Positions 11,101-24,600 of a stretch of 64,000 nucleotides of DNA are shown here, piece after piece. This stretch comes from Macrostomum lignano. Its lineage: Eukaryota. A program made the position numbers and the translations under genes. The notes below the pieces were generated by a model. The model made no database searches. It was not told the DNA's origin and saw nothing but the letters and a program-made list of their open reading frames with translations. The stretch is taken from NCBI GenBank assembly GCA_002269645.1, contig NIVC01001814.1, positions 94,751 through 158,750 on the forward strand, given 5' to 3'. Every line of letters starts with the position of its first letter. The stretch's first letter is position 1.

Positions 11101-12984
11101 TTACATGTATAGAGAAGCAAGGCGGCAGGGAGGAGGAGACAGAGTGGGGGGCCCTCGGGGCAGTCTCAGCTATCTTCCGTGTCTTGAAGTCGCTCGCCTC
11201 CCACGCCTATGGTCGGCAGGCATAGGCGGCGGCGAGTGGTCAGGCGTGAAATCGCTAACAGTGGGTAGAGAAAGAAAAACCTTGCGCCCCGGGAAAAGCG
11301 ATTTTGCTCAGCCCCATCGCCCCTCCCGTTCTTGTGGGCTGCTCAGCCAGTCGACGGTCGGTGAATGATGAAGGAGTGCTGTGTGTTCTCAAGCCCACAC
11401 TATAGTTGGCCCACTGTCGGGCACCTTGTGGCCCCCCGCCGTGCGTCCTGACGGTTCCCCCTTCGGTCCAGTAACTCTTCCTCTCTGCAGGCGGCGCTCC
11501 GATTCTCCACTCTCTTAGCTCCCAAATAGCCGGTCTGCCTACAGCTGGAGTTTGCGTGACCGGCAACTCGTTGCGGACCCGCCGGGCCCCGCATGCCGGG
11601 CTTGACAAGCAGCCTGCTGTAGCCCAATGTGTTTGCATGATTGGCATTGGACTAAAGAGCGGCACGGTTGCGGGTTACGGTGGGTCGAATTCGAACTAAA
11701 CACTAGCTGTCCGTGTCTATGGCAACACCTGCGAGTATTTCAGGCCTAGAAACAAGCATTAACGCGCGACCAAGCGTACAGAATCGCTTTGTCTTTTTTC
11801 TAGCTTTGCTTTTCACTCGAACTAAAAGAATTCAACGATGCTTCAAAATGGTCGCTCTTGATCGTTTACTTGCAGCTTCGTGCAGTCGGCTGCCCGCGGC
11901 GGCTTCTTCGTACCAAAAAATGATCGCCTTGTCATCGTCTGCCCGACTAGTGGGACAGAGTTCTACAAGATCTACTGGGTGAGTCAGTGGTCTTTGTCTT
12001 CGTTTGAGACAATCTTAGACTCGGTACTCTGTTTACTTGTGCGTCTAGCCAAAGTATTTTAAAGTATGCGAGATGGCCGTTTTCCGTTGGAATTTTAGTT
12101 GAGACAAAATGACTGATTTGGCTACGAGTAAAACCAGCCTCCCAACTCCCGCTCGCAGACCCACAGCTCCGCAGCTGCCGCCAAGTGTCTCGTGGAGGCT
12201 CCTCAGGTTTTCTTCCTGCTGGAGTGCCGACACGCCGGCAGCACAGGGGCCTATCTAGTGACGGACTTTTCGCCGATTCCGGATGCGCCAACTTTTGACA
12301 GGCCCGTGTTTTTGTTCAGTAAGTGAGGACACAAATTGCTATTAGCTTCTTGAAGTGCCTTTCATTGCCAACAGCTATAGTTTAAAGTTGTTAGTTTCCT
12401 GGGCATTGGTTAGTTTCACAGTGTCACACTCAACAAGTCATATCTCAAGTGCTCCTTCGCCTCGCGCAGGTCCGTCAACAGGCGATCGGTCCGGCCTGGA
12501 GCAGTTGAGCGGCGGCGCCTGTCAGCAGAAGCACATGCGACTCATGGTGGCGATTGGCGATCCCGGTGAGCTGAGATGGGTTCTTTTGTCGCGGAGGGAG
12601 CCGCTAAGTTGTCGTGCGAAACACGCTTTAGTCGAGAAAGTTGAATCGCAAAAAAAAACTATACTATTTCATGTTTTTCATAGACACTTCAGACTCCCTA
12701 AAGCTGACTCCTTGAAAGCATTTCGTAGTCTTACTGATTTTCTGCATCCCCCCTGTGATTCTTCTTAAGAAAGTCAGGCTGGAATAGTTTCCGCTTGAAG
12801 TAGTTTTGGGGAAGATTTATCTATATTTATAAATAGCTGCTGTTGCAGCATGTGATTCATACCCCCCTTGGGCGCCTGTCTCCACGGGCTCGGCTTCTCG
12901 CCTCTAGGTCTTCAAAAAAATGAAAAATAGAAAATTTATCTAAAAATTGTGACGCATCATCCGCCGATTGAATTTCGCACCCTG

Positions 12985-13018
<34 letters not shown>

Positions 13019-16000
13019 TTTTTTCTCTTGCGCAGAAATCCGTCCCCACCCCGCATGTTCAGCCGCAGCTGCCCCAGGGGAATCTGCCTGCTAAAGTAAA
13101 CAGCCCGGATCTCTTCATACCGAGGCTTCAGCAGCCGATATTTTGAGTCGAGCCTATCGTCAAATCACTGTTCAGGTTGGCACCAGCTGTGCTTGGCCCA
13201 GATGAAAATCGCGGCGTTTAGGGAAATAAAATCGCGTCACAGAGGCACCGCCTCGCCCTCCGCCCTGCTGGCCGGGCTCTAATCAGCCCTGGCGTTGCTC
13301 AATTGAAAAAAATTCTTACAATAATAATGGCGACTTCATCTGGATTGGTGAGCCGCTGCACCTGAGGCTCACCGCTCGTCTTCGCCCCTGCTCAAAGTGG
13401 CCTTCAATTTCCATCGCTTTGCCAGCACCGCCACATTTTCCTTGTCCAGCTTCCCAGTGCGTCATGGAGCTTGATAAATTTATCAGAAATTGAATTTTTT
13501 CTGTCAATCTATCGCTTGATCGGTGCAACTACCGAGTTTTGATTCGCTTGTCCTTACATTCTGAAGCATGCTAGCCAAACAGGTAGCATTCTGTACTGAA
13601 CAGATGTTTAGGATAACACGCTGAGGATAATCTCCCTCCCCTCCTCTTCCCTACCGGACTGCAGAATGTCAGATTTATCCCCCCTCCTCCCAGATCCCCA
13701 TTAGCTCACCCGAACCCCTCGGTTCATGCGTCTGTGTGTGTTTTGTATTTCTAATTGCGCAGACAAACGAGAGCTTTGCATTCTTACCCTCGAGGGTAGA
13801 GGAGCAGCTTATTAATTGCAAACAGGAGGCTGAGAGGGGCGGTGGATGAGCAGATGGGCATTGAGAAAAGCCGGTCAAACAGACAGCGGACTGCCTGTAG
13901 CACCCATGCCTGCTAGGCCGAATATTGAAAGCCCTTTGATCAGCGCTGAACAGTAACATTATTCCTCATCAGACTCGTATCCGCCCAGCCGCACCAGGAC
14001 TTGCCTCCCCTGCCTGTGCCGCTCGGTCCAAATGGCCAGACGATATTGTTGACGCTTGACAATGCCAGAGCCGCTGGGTGGATTTGATGCATGAGCTTTT
14101 TGGCCAATCCAAAAAAACGCGCACACGAATTCCTTCTGGCTTTTTACGTCTCTTTTTTTCGATTTTCTTTTGCTCCATCAATCGAAAAAATTTTTTCCCA
14201 CAGCGAGCTTATCTTCCTGCCCATCTTGAGGTTGATAATCCCATTGTGCGCTGCTGACTCGGGCACTCAGGCCTAGATTGAGGATTGACATTTCTTTGTG
14301 AATAATGGATAACGCAAATGGCTGCGTGCTTAGCAGATGGGATAAAAAAGTTTTTTTTCCTCGACTAAAAACTGCCCCGCTGAGCAGATGAAGCGGTTGG
14401 CGTTAAAGTTTTCCTCCACACTGTGTCATATTTACGATATTTTAATATTTAACTACGCCTGAATAAGCTTGGCATAGCCATTGTCTTCATGTGCCAGTCT
14501 CAGTCCTATTGTCCCGATTCCTGAGCCGCGTCGCTTTCTCCCAAAACTGCCAAACCCAACAAACCCCCTGGCCAGTCAGTGATGACGCAATCGAAGGTCG
14601 CCGCTGCTTTCCCTCCCGCATCTCCAGCGAATGTCAATTCGTGGTGATTAATTACCGGGGGCCGCTAACTGGCGCCTGGACTTCCGAGAGGCTTCATCAT
14701 CCAGTCTCCAGTTGGCTTTGTCTGGTTGAATTTTTTTTACTCTTTTATCATAGCTGACCACTTCCTTTTTTTGCTGCGCTAGTCTCTGGTCGGCCCAGGA
14801 TTTGCCAGCTCGAACTCTCGGGGGGAGAAGCGAGAATGAAGATCAATATAAGATTGTATCTTTCATTTGATAAATGGACACTGAAAAAGCGAAAATATCT
14901 TTTTTAATTGTTTTTTTGGGTACTGCTTTCAACTTGTTCCCATCCTCGTACTGAATTTAATCACATCTAAACAATGTTTAAATTCATTCTTTTGTGTGCA
15001 TTCTTTTCAGCATCCTCATCCACAGCCTCATCTTCATCCTCACCCACAGCCTCATCTTCATCCTCATCAACAGCCTCATCTTCATCCTCATCACCAGCCT
15101 CATCTTCATTCTGATCCACAGCCTCATCTTCATTCTGATCCACAGCCTCATCTTCATTCTGATTCACAGCCTCATCTTCATTCTGATTCACAGCCTCATC
15201 TTCATTCTGATCCACAGCCTCATCTTCATTCTGATCCACAGCCTCATCTTCATTCTGATCCACAGCCTCATCTTCATTCTGATTCACAGCCTCATCTTCA
15301 TTCTGATTCACAGCCTCATCTTCATTCTGATCCACAGCCTCATCTTCATTCTGATCCACAGCCTCATCTTCATTCTGATCCACAGCCTCATCTTCATTCT
15401 GATTCACAGCCTCATCTTCATTCTGATCCACAGCCTCATCTTCATTCTGATCCACAGCCTCATCTTCATTCTGATCCACAGCCTCATCTTCATTCTGATC
15501 CACAGCCTCATCTTCATTCTGATCCACAGCCTCATCTTCATTCTGATTCACAGCCTCATCTTCATTCTGATCCACAGCCTCATCTTCATTCTGATCCACA
15601 GCCTCATCTTCATTCTGATCCACAGCCTCATCTTCATTCTGATCCACAGCCTCATCTTCATTCTGATCCACAGCCTCATCTTCATTCTGATCCACAGCCT
15701 CATCTTCATTCTGATCCACAGCCTCATCTTCATTCTGATCCACAGCCTCATCTTCATTCTGATCCACAGCCTCATCTTCATTCTGATCCACAGCCTCATC
15801 TTCATTCCTATTCACAGCCTCATCTTCATTCTCATCCCCAGCCTCATCCTCATCTGAACGCACCCGCAGACTCCCAGCCGCCACAGCCACCGCCGCAGTC
15901 AGTAGACGATTCCCCTTTGCTTTCGGCCCACCAGCCTCTGCCCAGCGCTCGGCAGACGCCGCCGGGACAAGTCGGTTACCAAGGTAAGAATTTCTATTTT

Positions 16001-18581
16001 TTAGAATAATATTATAATGATGCATCGTTTCTGGCTTCCGTCTGATGTTTAAAACAAATATTTTGACGGAGTTTTTATATTCTTATTCCCTTACGAGAGG
16101 CTGAAAGATACTTCATCTATCCGGTGGGTTGCCAGGGGCGGGGCCCGCTGGGAACAGAAGTTTCAGGCCAGACTCTCGCATGGCTTTCGTCAATTGCGCC
16201 CCTGGGATTTGCACGGGCTGGGGGATATTCAGGCTCGTAGGCACCGCAGATGCGATGACACAGGCCCGGCCCATTGTTTTCATTGCCAAAACAATTCGCG
16301 GGACTAAAAGCTGTTGCCGGGTCTAAACTGCTGCGTTTAACAAGTCAGCGGGATCGGCACTCGACTTTATTATGAGTTAAGCGAAGCATAACATAAACAC
16401 AGGCTGCATATAAAAGGGAAATCAACATTTTCATTCACCAATATTTCCTATCGACAATTATAAAACAGTATTATCAAGCATATTGCGCAGCTCTTCATCT
16501 AGAGTAAAAAGCAGTCAGTTTTCGATGCTCGGGGGCACGGACGGACGGCCTTGGGCCAGAATCCGGAAGGCTGACTACGGCCCTTATTTTCAGACACTGC
16601 AGGCTATAGCATTTTGTTCAGTTTACACAACAAGGTCCCTGGTTCGATTCGCCACATTCATGAGGGGGGGGGTTGATCGTAGCATTCGCAGCCATGAGGA
16701 ACAACCCCCAAGGCACAGATAGTGTACATGTCTGATGGTTAGAAAGTCAGGGCTGCTGTACACCCTGTGTGAGCGTGTGTACGAGTGCGCGCCCGCGTAT
16801 GGGACGGTGTCGCTGAAGGCGTTGCTATACTTTATGGGAAGAGTGAAAATTTCTTTCCAAAGCAGTCCCACTCCCAAAGCAGTGTTGAGATTTTCGCGGC
16901 CCAATTGCCGCCCAGGTCCGGACCTGGCACAACAGTTTTACCGGGTTTTTTTCAATATGATGCGCCAGAGAGAGAGAAAAGTCACAAATTCTCGCCACAG
17001 AAGATGATGGAGTCTGCCGGTATCATAGCAGCAATTACAATCTGATATTGGTGCCGTGTCTGCAGACCCAGTTCTTGGCTGCTTCTTTTCTTGTGTCTCT
17101 GACTGAGACTTCGCCACAATTTTTGTTCTACTCTTTGTGAGGCTCCTTTTGGCGGGAACCAGAAATTGGAGAGAACAATTAACCTCTGCTGCTGGCGCTG
17201 CTGTTGTACACTTTTATAATGGGCTTTTATCCACTGACCCTAAGGGCCTTTGTTTTAGCAGGCCATGACGTGTCCTTACCGTGGGATATTTGCCACGCGC
17301 TTACTCTAGAAACTTGGGAGAGGCCCAACAGAATTCCCAGGATTCGCCAGAGAGCCTGAAATTGATCCCGCGGAACCTTATCTTTTGGGAGACATTCAAT
17401 TAGCAACTACACGACTTCCTTGACAACCGAAGCAAATGGGGAGATTCCTGTACAATTCCTCGCTTTCTGCATGGGGCCGAAAAGCAAACGATAAAATTGC
17501 CTCGATTTACGAGGGGCTTCGCGCCAAGACTGAGGGTCTGACACAACCCCCAACCCCGGTGATGAATTGCCCGAAGGTACAACAGCAACAGGGCAACAGG
17601 AAGTGAGAAAATTCAGAAGCCATTGGGAAGTCAGTAAGTCAATCTTGGTTTCTGTTGCAGCACAAGGCCTCTTGCGCTCCTAGCCTGATAGAACAGGCTG
17701 GCGAGTGCCCTGCGATCTAAAGTGTATTTCATTTTCTGTCCTGTTCACCAAAATCTGCTGATTGATAGCAGAGATCCGTGATTATTCTAGCTCTCTGTGC
17801 GATGTGGATCCTGCGGATACTAACAATAGGTCTGCGAATGGGTAGACTAGACTGAATTCATTCTGCGTTTTTTTGTTTCACGTGAGCATTTCTATTCCAC
17901 TGAGTGGACTTCGAACAGTCCGGTCCGGTCCAGATACTATTTATATAGACGTCTTTGATTAGCGTCCGAGCATTGGTTTACTGAGAATGCTTTTAACTGA
18001 AGGAATTTTTTTTATAGATTTACATCGTCTCTCTTTGTGTAGAATGGAATTACAAAGTCGCCAGCATCTTGAAAAATGTCTTTACCTTTGCGGAGGAATC
18101 GCAGGGATGATGTCGGATGCTGTGTTTCAAATTTCAGCTGCCCGAACGATAGGGGCAAGAACTGCGGAAAGCACAGAGCCTGCGAGATGAGGGCCTTGTA
18201 GAAAAAATTTAAAAGCGACTGATTTAGAAGTCTTAAAATATATCAATTTTGAGGCAGCTCATTTTCCTGCCTCTGCTGATTCCTCAGTGACTCACTCCAT
18301 GCTGTTGCGTCACTCGCCTCATCAACCGACTGAGCGGCTTCCCCGCAGCTATCCACTTTGCCGACTTAATCTTCTCCCCCGTATCCACTGCTGTAGGCGG
18401 AGAAGCTTAATCCCCGTGCGTCAAAGCAGATTCACCTGCAGATTAGTTGCTGCCGAATTTCCACCTGTAATGGCATTCGCAGTGGACAGTCCGTGTGTCA
18501 GTCAGCTGTCAAGTTTTGTTGCACTGGAGTGACTGCTTTATCAGTTTAGTTAGTTAGTTAGTTAGTTAATTAGTAAGTTAA

Positions 18582-18618
<37 letters not shown>

Positions 18619-21600
18619 CAGTTAGCTAGATAGTTACTTAGTCAGTTAGCTAGATAGTTACTTAAGTCAGTTAGCTAGATAGTTACTTAGTCAGTTAGTT
18701 AGTCAGTAAGTTAGCAAAATCAGACCCAGAGATTTCTGTCACGAGTCGGACGCGTTACCGCTCAGCTGCTCAGCTGCTCAGCCCCACGACTTTATTTAAC
18801 CATGACAGCAAGTTTCGAGCAGTCTTTAGTGACCAGGCCAACTTTAGTGTGCGAGCCGTGCGGTCCGAACTCGAAATGTCGCAATGCAAACAGACCAAGG
18901 GTCTTAAGATTGTAGCGAATAGCCAGTGCTTTGGGGCCGCGGGGTGACAGAGCCGCGGGCGAGAAGGAACTGCAAACAAAGAAAATTAGCCCCGAAGCCA
19001 GCTAATCTTCAGCGAACACGAACAGTTTTCATTTTAAACACAAGTGTCTCGCAGAGTAAAATCTCGAGGCTTGGACAAACAGCAGTGCCGGTTTCTGTCT
19101 TGGCATCGAGCAGTTGGCGCAAAAACTTATTGAATTCGAAAAATTTACAATTCCAAGCACAGACTTGCATGCTGGCACGTTTTCTATTAGAGAGGATCGT
19201 TCTACTTTCCTAATTTATCAAGCAGTGGAGATTAGAACTGCATGTCTCGCTATGAATCGATCGGTGCAATTCGTTTCGAAGAAACTGAGCCAATCCAATC
19301 CAATAACTAAGCTAATTTCTGTCTATACTTTCTCCTTGGAGAGTGCATTTATCTGCAAAGCATTTGTCAGCCAGCCACATGTCAATCAGTCAGTCTGCTA
19401 CCTCGGTTCGCTCACTTTACCTATCTACGCTAACGCCAAGATCTGCGGCTATTCTAGTATTGGCAGAAACAAATTTCCTGGGACTCTTGTCACGCACTCA
19501 GGTGGAGGGAGGGGCAGTCAGATACAATTTGACTGCTACCGGAGTGTGTCAGAGACAGAAGAACAGGAGACAACTGCAGCGCCCTCACCTCCTCTGCACG
19601 CAGCTCCTCAGTCGGAGACAGCAGCGGAACTCATTGTTGCGGCATGGTACCTGCCCCCCCCCTGTCCTACAAAAAGTGTAAGCGTTTTAGAGTAAGCATA
19701 TATGAGACGCCTTGCGTGTCAGAGACTCTAAGAGACTTCGATGCGAGGAGAAACGGCTCCTTTATATCCAATTGTGAGCGCGCGTCTACCGGTAGGTCCG
19801 TCTGTCTCGCGGCGCTAAACTCTGCCCCGCCTTCATTACACGCGGCCTTCCCCAACCCCAACCCCAACCCCAACCCCAACCCCAACCCTGTCCGCCTGAG
19901 CCGAAGCTGTGGCGCCAGCCAGTCGCATTGAGGCTGCCGCAGCCGCCGCCGCCGCCGCTGCTGCCGCCACGGCTGCGCTCTGTGCCAACTGGCAGCAGAG
20001 AGGAGGGCTAGCCGGAGAGCAGAAAAAACATGTCAGACTTGCGCTGCTGCAGACAGACGCAAGGGGTGCGCGCCTGTCAGCTGCACTGCATGCTGCAATT
20101 TTCAATTGTCAATCGCGGGGCTGTCAGAGCCGTGAGCTCATCCTTCTTAGTCTGGGAGGTGGCGGGTTGCCCAGGAAAACACTTGCCTGTCGTGTCTCCG
20201 GGGCTGACAATGAGCCTCATTATTATTGAGCACCCACTCGATCACTTTACATTAATGTTCTCATTTCTCTATTATTATAAACCGGCCACTCACTTTCCTG
20301 TGCGCGTGCGGTGAGTCAGCGGATCAACTCTCAGTAGGATCAGTGCACGCGCCTATACTTACTTGACTTGACGCTTCTTTTCAATTAGCTGCATGTACAT
20401 CTGGTATTTTTTTAAACCTACCTCTGGGATCTAGCGTCTAGGATTCAATCTCAGCATTGTAAATAATCTCATTGTCAGTGAGACATCGGCAGCTTACCGA
20501 CGTTTCTATGATCTTGTCTCCCCTGTCTGCCTAGGGGAATCGATTAAGAAATTCTCGGGCTCAGTTACCACCCGCCGTCTAATGAATTAGATATGCAATG
20601 GAGAAGGCAGTGCAGTGTGAGGTGTATAGCTGGATTTTATGTGAGCTGCATACGGCTTCCTCTGTCTCCATGTGTCTGACACTTTACGCCGCACTGTAGC
20701 CAGTTTTTTTCGGATAGAAACGGATCAACAGAAAAATCCTTGTCAAAAACTTTTTTAAAACGTTTTATTCGATACTTTTTAGTTGGTGAAATTTCAAATG
20801 CCTCTACGTTGTAAAATTTCTAGTTAAGATTAGTATTGGCGGACTAGCCATCTGCCCCCCCCCCCGAAGGGGCGTGGCGTGGCGTCTCTAATGCATGACC
20901 GTCTGAGGCAGTTCTGCTTAATGACCCCGATCAGTTCGATCTAACAGAAACTTCAAAGCGAAAGTTTAATAAATTCCCAAGTAATCTAGGAAGCATAATT
21001 AATCAATTTGAAAAAAGCCATGCGGCGATAGGGCAAACTAAGATGAGAAGTTAACGGGTAAAAGAGTATTGAAGAAAAAGCAGAAGATGAAGCGCTTCCT
21101 TGCAAGAAAAAGGCCTCAATTACGGCGCGCCTCCTTCGCTCTAGCAAAATCTCAGGTCCCCCCCGTCACTACGGGAGTTCCCACTTCCCTTATCGCAACT
21201 CCCAGCGCATGATTCACACAGTTGGGCCACCCTTTTTTCGCTTCCTTCTTTCATCATTTTCCAAGTTTTTTCAGTCCGGCTCCTTGTAATTTTCTGCTGA
21301 AGCAGCCCGGAAGTTGGGCCTGCGTGTTTGAAAATTTGTTTCGTCTTTTTTACAACAGAGAAAAAAAACCTCAAACCACAACTGAAAAAGATTAAAGAAC
21401 TGACACGGGTAGTGGTACGACCCTCTCTCATCGTACAAGCCTTCTGATCATGAGGCTAAACTTTTTGATTGCGATGCTATATGATCCCGATACTCTATGA
21501 TCCCGATACTCCATGATCCCGATACTCTATGATCCCGATACTCCATGATCCCGATACTCTATGATCCCGATACTCTATGATCCCGATACTCCATGATCCC

Positions 21601-24600
21601 GATACTCTATGATCCCGATACTCTATGATCCCGATACTCTATGATCCCGATACTCCATGATCCCGATACCCTATGATCCCGATACTCCATGATCCCGATA
21701 CTCCATGATCCCCATACTCCATGATCCCGACCCCATACTCCATGATCCCGATACTCTATGATCCCGATACTCCATGATCCCGATACTCTATGATCCCGAT
21801 ACTCCATGATCCCGATACTCTATGATCCCGATACTCCATGATCCCGATACTCTATGATCCCGATACTCCATGATCCCGATACTCTATGATCCCGATACTC
21901 CATGATCCCGATACTCCATAATCCCGATACTCTATGATCCCGATACTCTATGATCCCGATACTCCATGATCCCGATACTCCATGATCCCGATACTCTATG
22001 ATCCCGATACTCCATGATCCCGATACTCTATGATCCCGATACTCTATGATCCCGATACTCTATGATCCCGATACTCCATGATCCCGATACTCTATGATCC
22101 CGATACTCCATGATCCCCATACTCCATGATCCCGACCCCATACTCCATGATCCCGATACTCTATGATCCCGATACTCTATGATCCCGATACTCTATGATC
22201 CCGATACTCTATGATCCCGATACTCCATGATCCCGATACTCTATGATCCCGATACTCTATGATCCCGATACTCTATGATCCCGATACTCCATGATCCCGA
22301 TACCCTATGATCCCGATACTCCATGATCCCGATACTCCATGATCCCGACCCCATACTCCATGATCCCGATACTCTATGATCCCGATACTCTATGATCCCG
22401 ATACCCTATGATCCCGATACTCCATGATCCCGATACTCTATGATCCCGATACTCTTTGATCCCGATACTCCATGATCCCGATACTCTATGATCCCGATAC
22501 TCTATGATCCCGATACTCCATGATCCCGATACTCCATGATCCCGATACTCCATGATCCCGATACTCCATGATCCCGATACTCCATGATCCCGATACTCCA
22601 TGATCCCGATACTCCATGATCCCGATACTCCATGATCCCGATACTCTATGATCCCGATACTCCATGATCCCGATACTCCATGATCCCGATACTCTATGAT
22701 CCCGATACTCCATGATCCCGATACTCTATGATCCCGATACTCTATGATCCCGATACTCCATGATCCCGATACTCTATGATCCCGATACTCTATGATCCCG
22801 ATACTCTATGATCCCGATACTCCATGATCCCGATACCCTATGATCCCGATACTCCATGATCCCGATACTCCATGATCCCGACCCCATACTCCATGATCCC
22901 GATACTCTATGATCCCGATACTCTATGATCCCGATACCCTATGATCCCGATACTCCATGATCCCGATACTCTATGATCCCGATACTCTTTGATCCCGATA
23001 CTCCATGATCCCGATACTCTATGATCCCGATACTCTATGATCCCGATACTCCATGATCCCGATACTCCATGATCCCGATACTCCATGATCCCGATACTCC
23101 ATGATCCCGATACTCCATGATCCCGATACTCCATGATCCCGATACTCTATGATCCCGATACTCCATGATCCCGATACTCTATGATCCCGATACTCTATGA
23201 TCCCGATACTCTATGATCCCGATACTCCATGATCCCGATACTCCATGATCCCGATACTCCATGATCCCGATACTCTATGATCCCGATACTCCATGATCCC
23301 GATACTCCATGATCCCGATACTCTATGATCCCGATACTCTATGATCCCGATACTCCATGTTCCTCTGGAAATATTTTTGCAAACAACTTAAGTTCTACCT
23401 TCAAAGCAAGTCTAAAGGCATATCTGCCATTCACTTTAACATTTAGAGAGGCAGCTTGAATCGAATGGAACCAGATCTTGCAAGCGATTCAATGAGATAG
23501 AACTCCCGGTTAATCAGATCTTCCCATCCAGCTTCTCCGCCATTTCTTAGAAAATCGATTCGCCATCTCGTCTCGCGTGCAAGCGTCGGGTTTTCGCCGG
23601 CTGTTTTTGTTGTGTTTTGTTCTCCAATCTCTCGCTGCCCCCCCCCCGCTATCAATCAGGAGCTGACTGAGCGCTGGAATTAATGTGCTGTGGAGAGAAC
23701 TGATGGCGCTGGGGCTTGGCGCCTTAATTAACAAACCAATGCTTCTGATCACGCGATGAAGGAAGGAAGCTGCGAGGTGGGAGATCCCTTTGATATCCGG
23801 CAGTCAGTTGCGTGACCAATCTGCATTGAGTTGCGGAATTCGTCCCCAGAATCCTGTACTCCTCATCATCATCATCCCAAAGCTGTCAAACTTACATGCA
23901 TACTAAAGTGGCTGCAATCATCGATAACAAATTGATATCAGCTATTGTTTTACAATATTTGAGTCTAATTAACAGGGCTACTCATTTTAGTTGCCATGCT
24001 GGGATTTTCCTCTGTCTCTACGAGTCGCCTCTCGCTCTCGGTTAGAAATATCGGCAAAATCAGACTAGCTTGTAATTATAAATAGGCAAGAGCCTCAATA
24101 ATTGCCAGTTACTTTTTAGATTATTTTTTAAATGCCTCTCTCCCCTGTTTGCCGACAAGAAGATGGGCAGAAAAAGCGAATAACAAAGAGAGCCCTTTGT
24201 CTGGGCATTGATAAAGAGAAAAATTTGAAACAAGGCGGAAATTGGATGGGGCGGCGGCGACGGCGGCTTGAAGTGGCCCGCATCCACCCGCCCCTAACAA
24301 CGCTCTGGCCTGGCGATTCAAGCCAAGGACTCCTCATTAGTAGTCGCTAGGAACCAAGGAGTATGGAACTGACACCCCCCTAACTCAACTCAGTGCCACT
24401 ACGACCCCCTGGTTCAGTTCCGTGCTGTTACAGTGGTCCCCTGGCCAGGAGGGAGCGGAGCAGCAGGCCACGGCACAACCATAATTAGAAGGCGCGGTGC
24501 ACCCGGGCTCAGCGCGAAATTTGAGTTGCGTGTTTTCGCGAAAGCTCTTCTTCACGGGCCGCTTCAAAACCTCCCTCCCTACCTCAGCTGATATCCTCTC

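Noticed and set aside
14967-16025. 352-aa acidic DQNEDEAV minus-strand ORF and the His/Pro or Ile/Leu + strand ORFs
   Set aside because: By-products of a stop-free 24-nt unit. The region's real coding part is the + strand ephrin exon 15870-15983.
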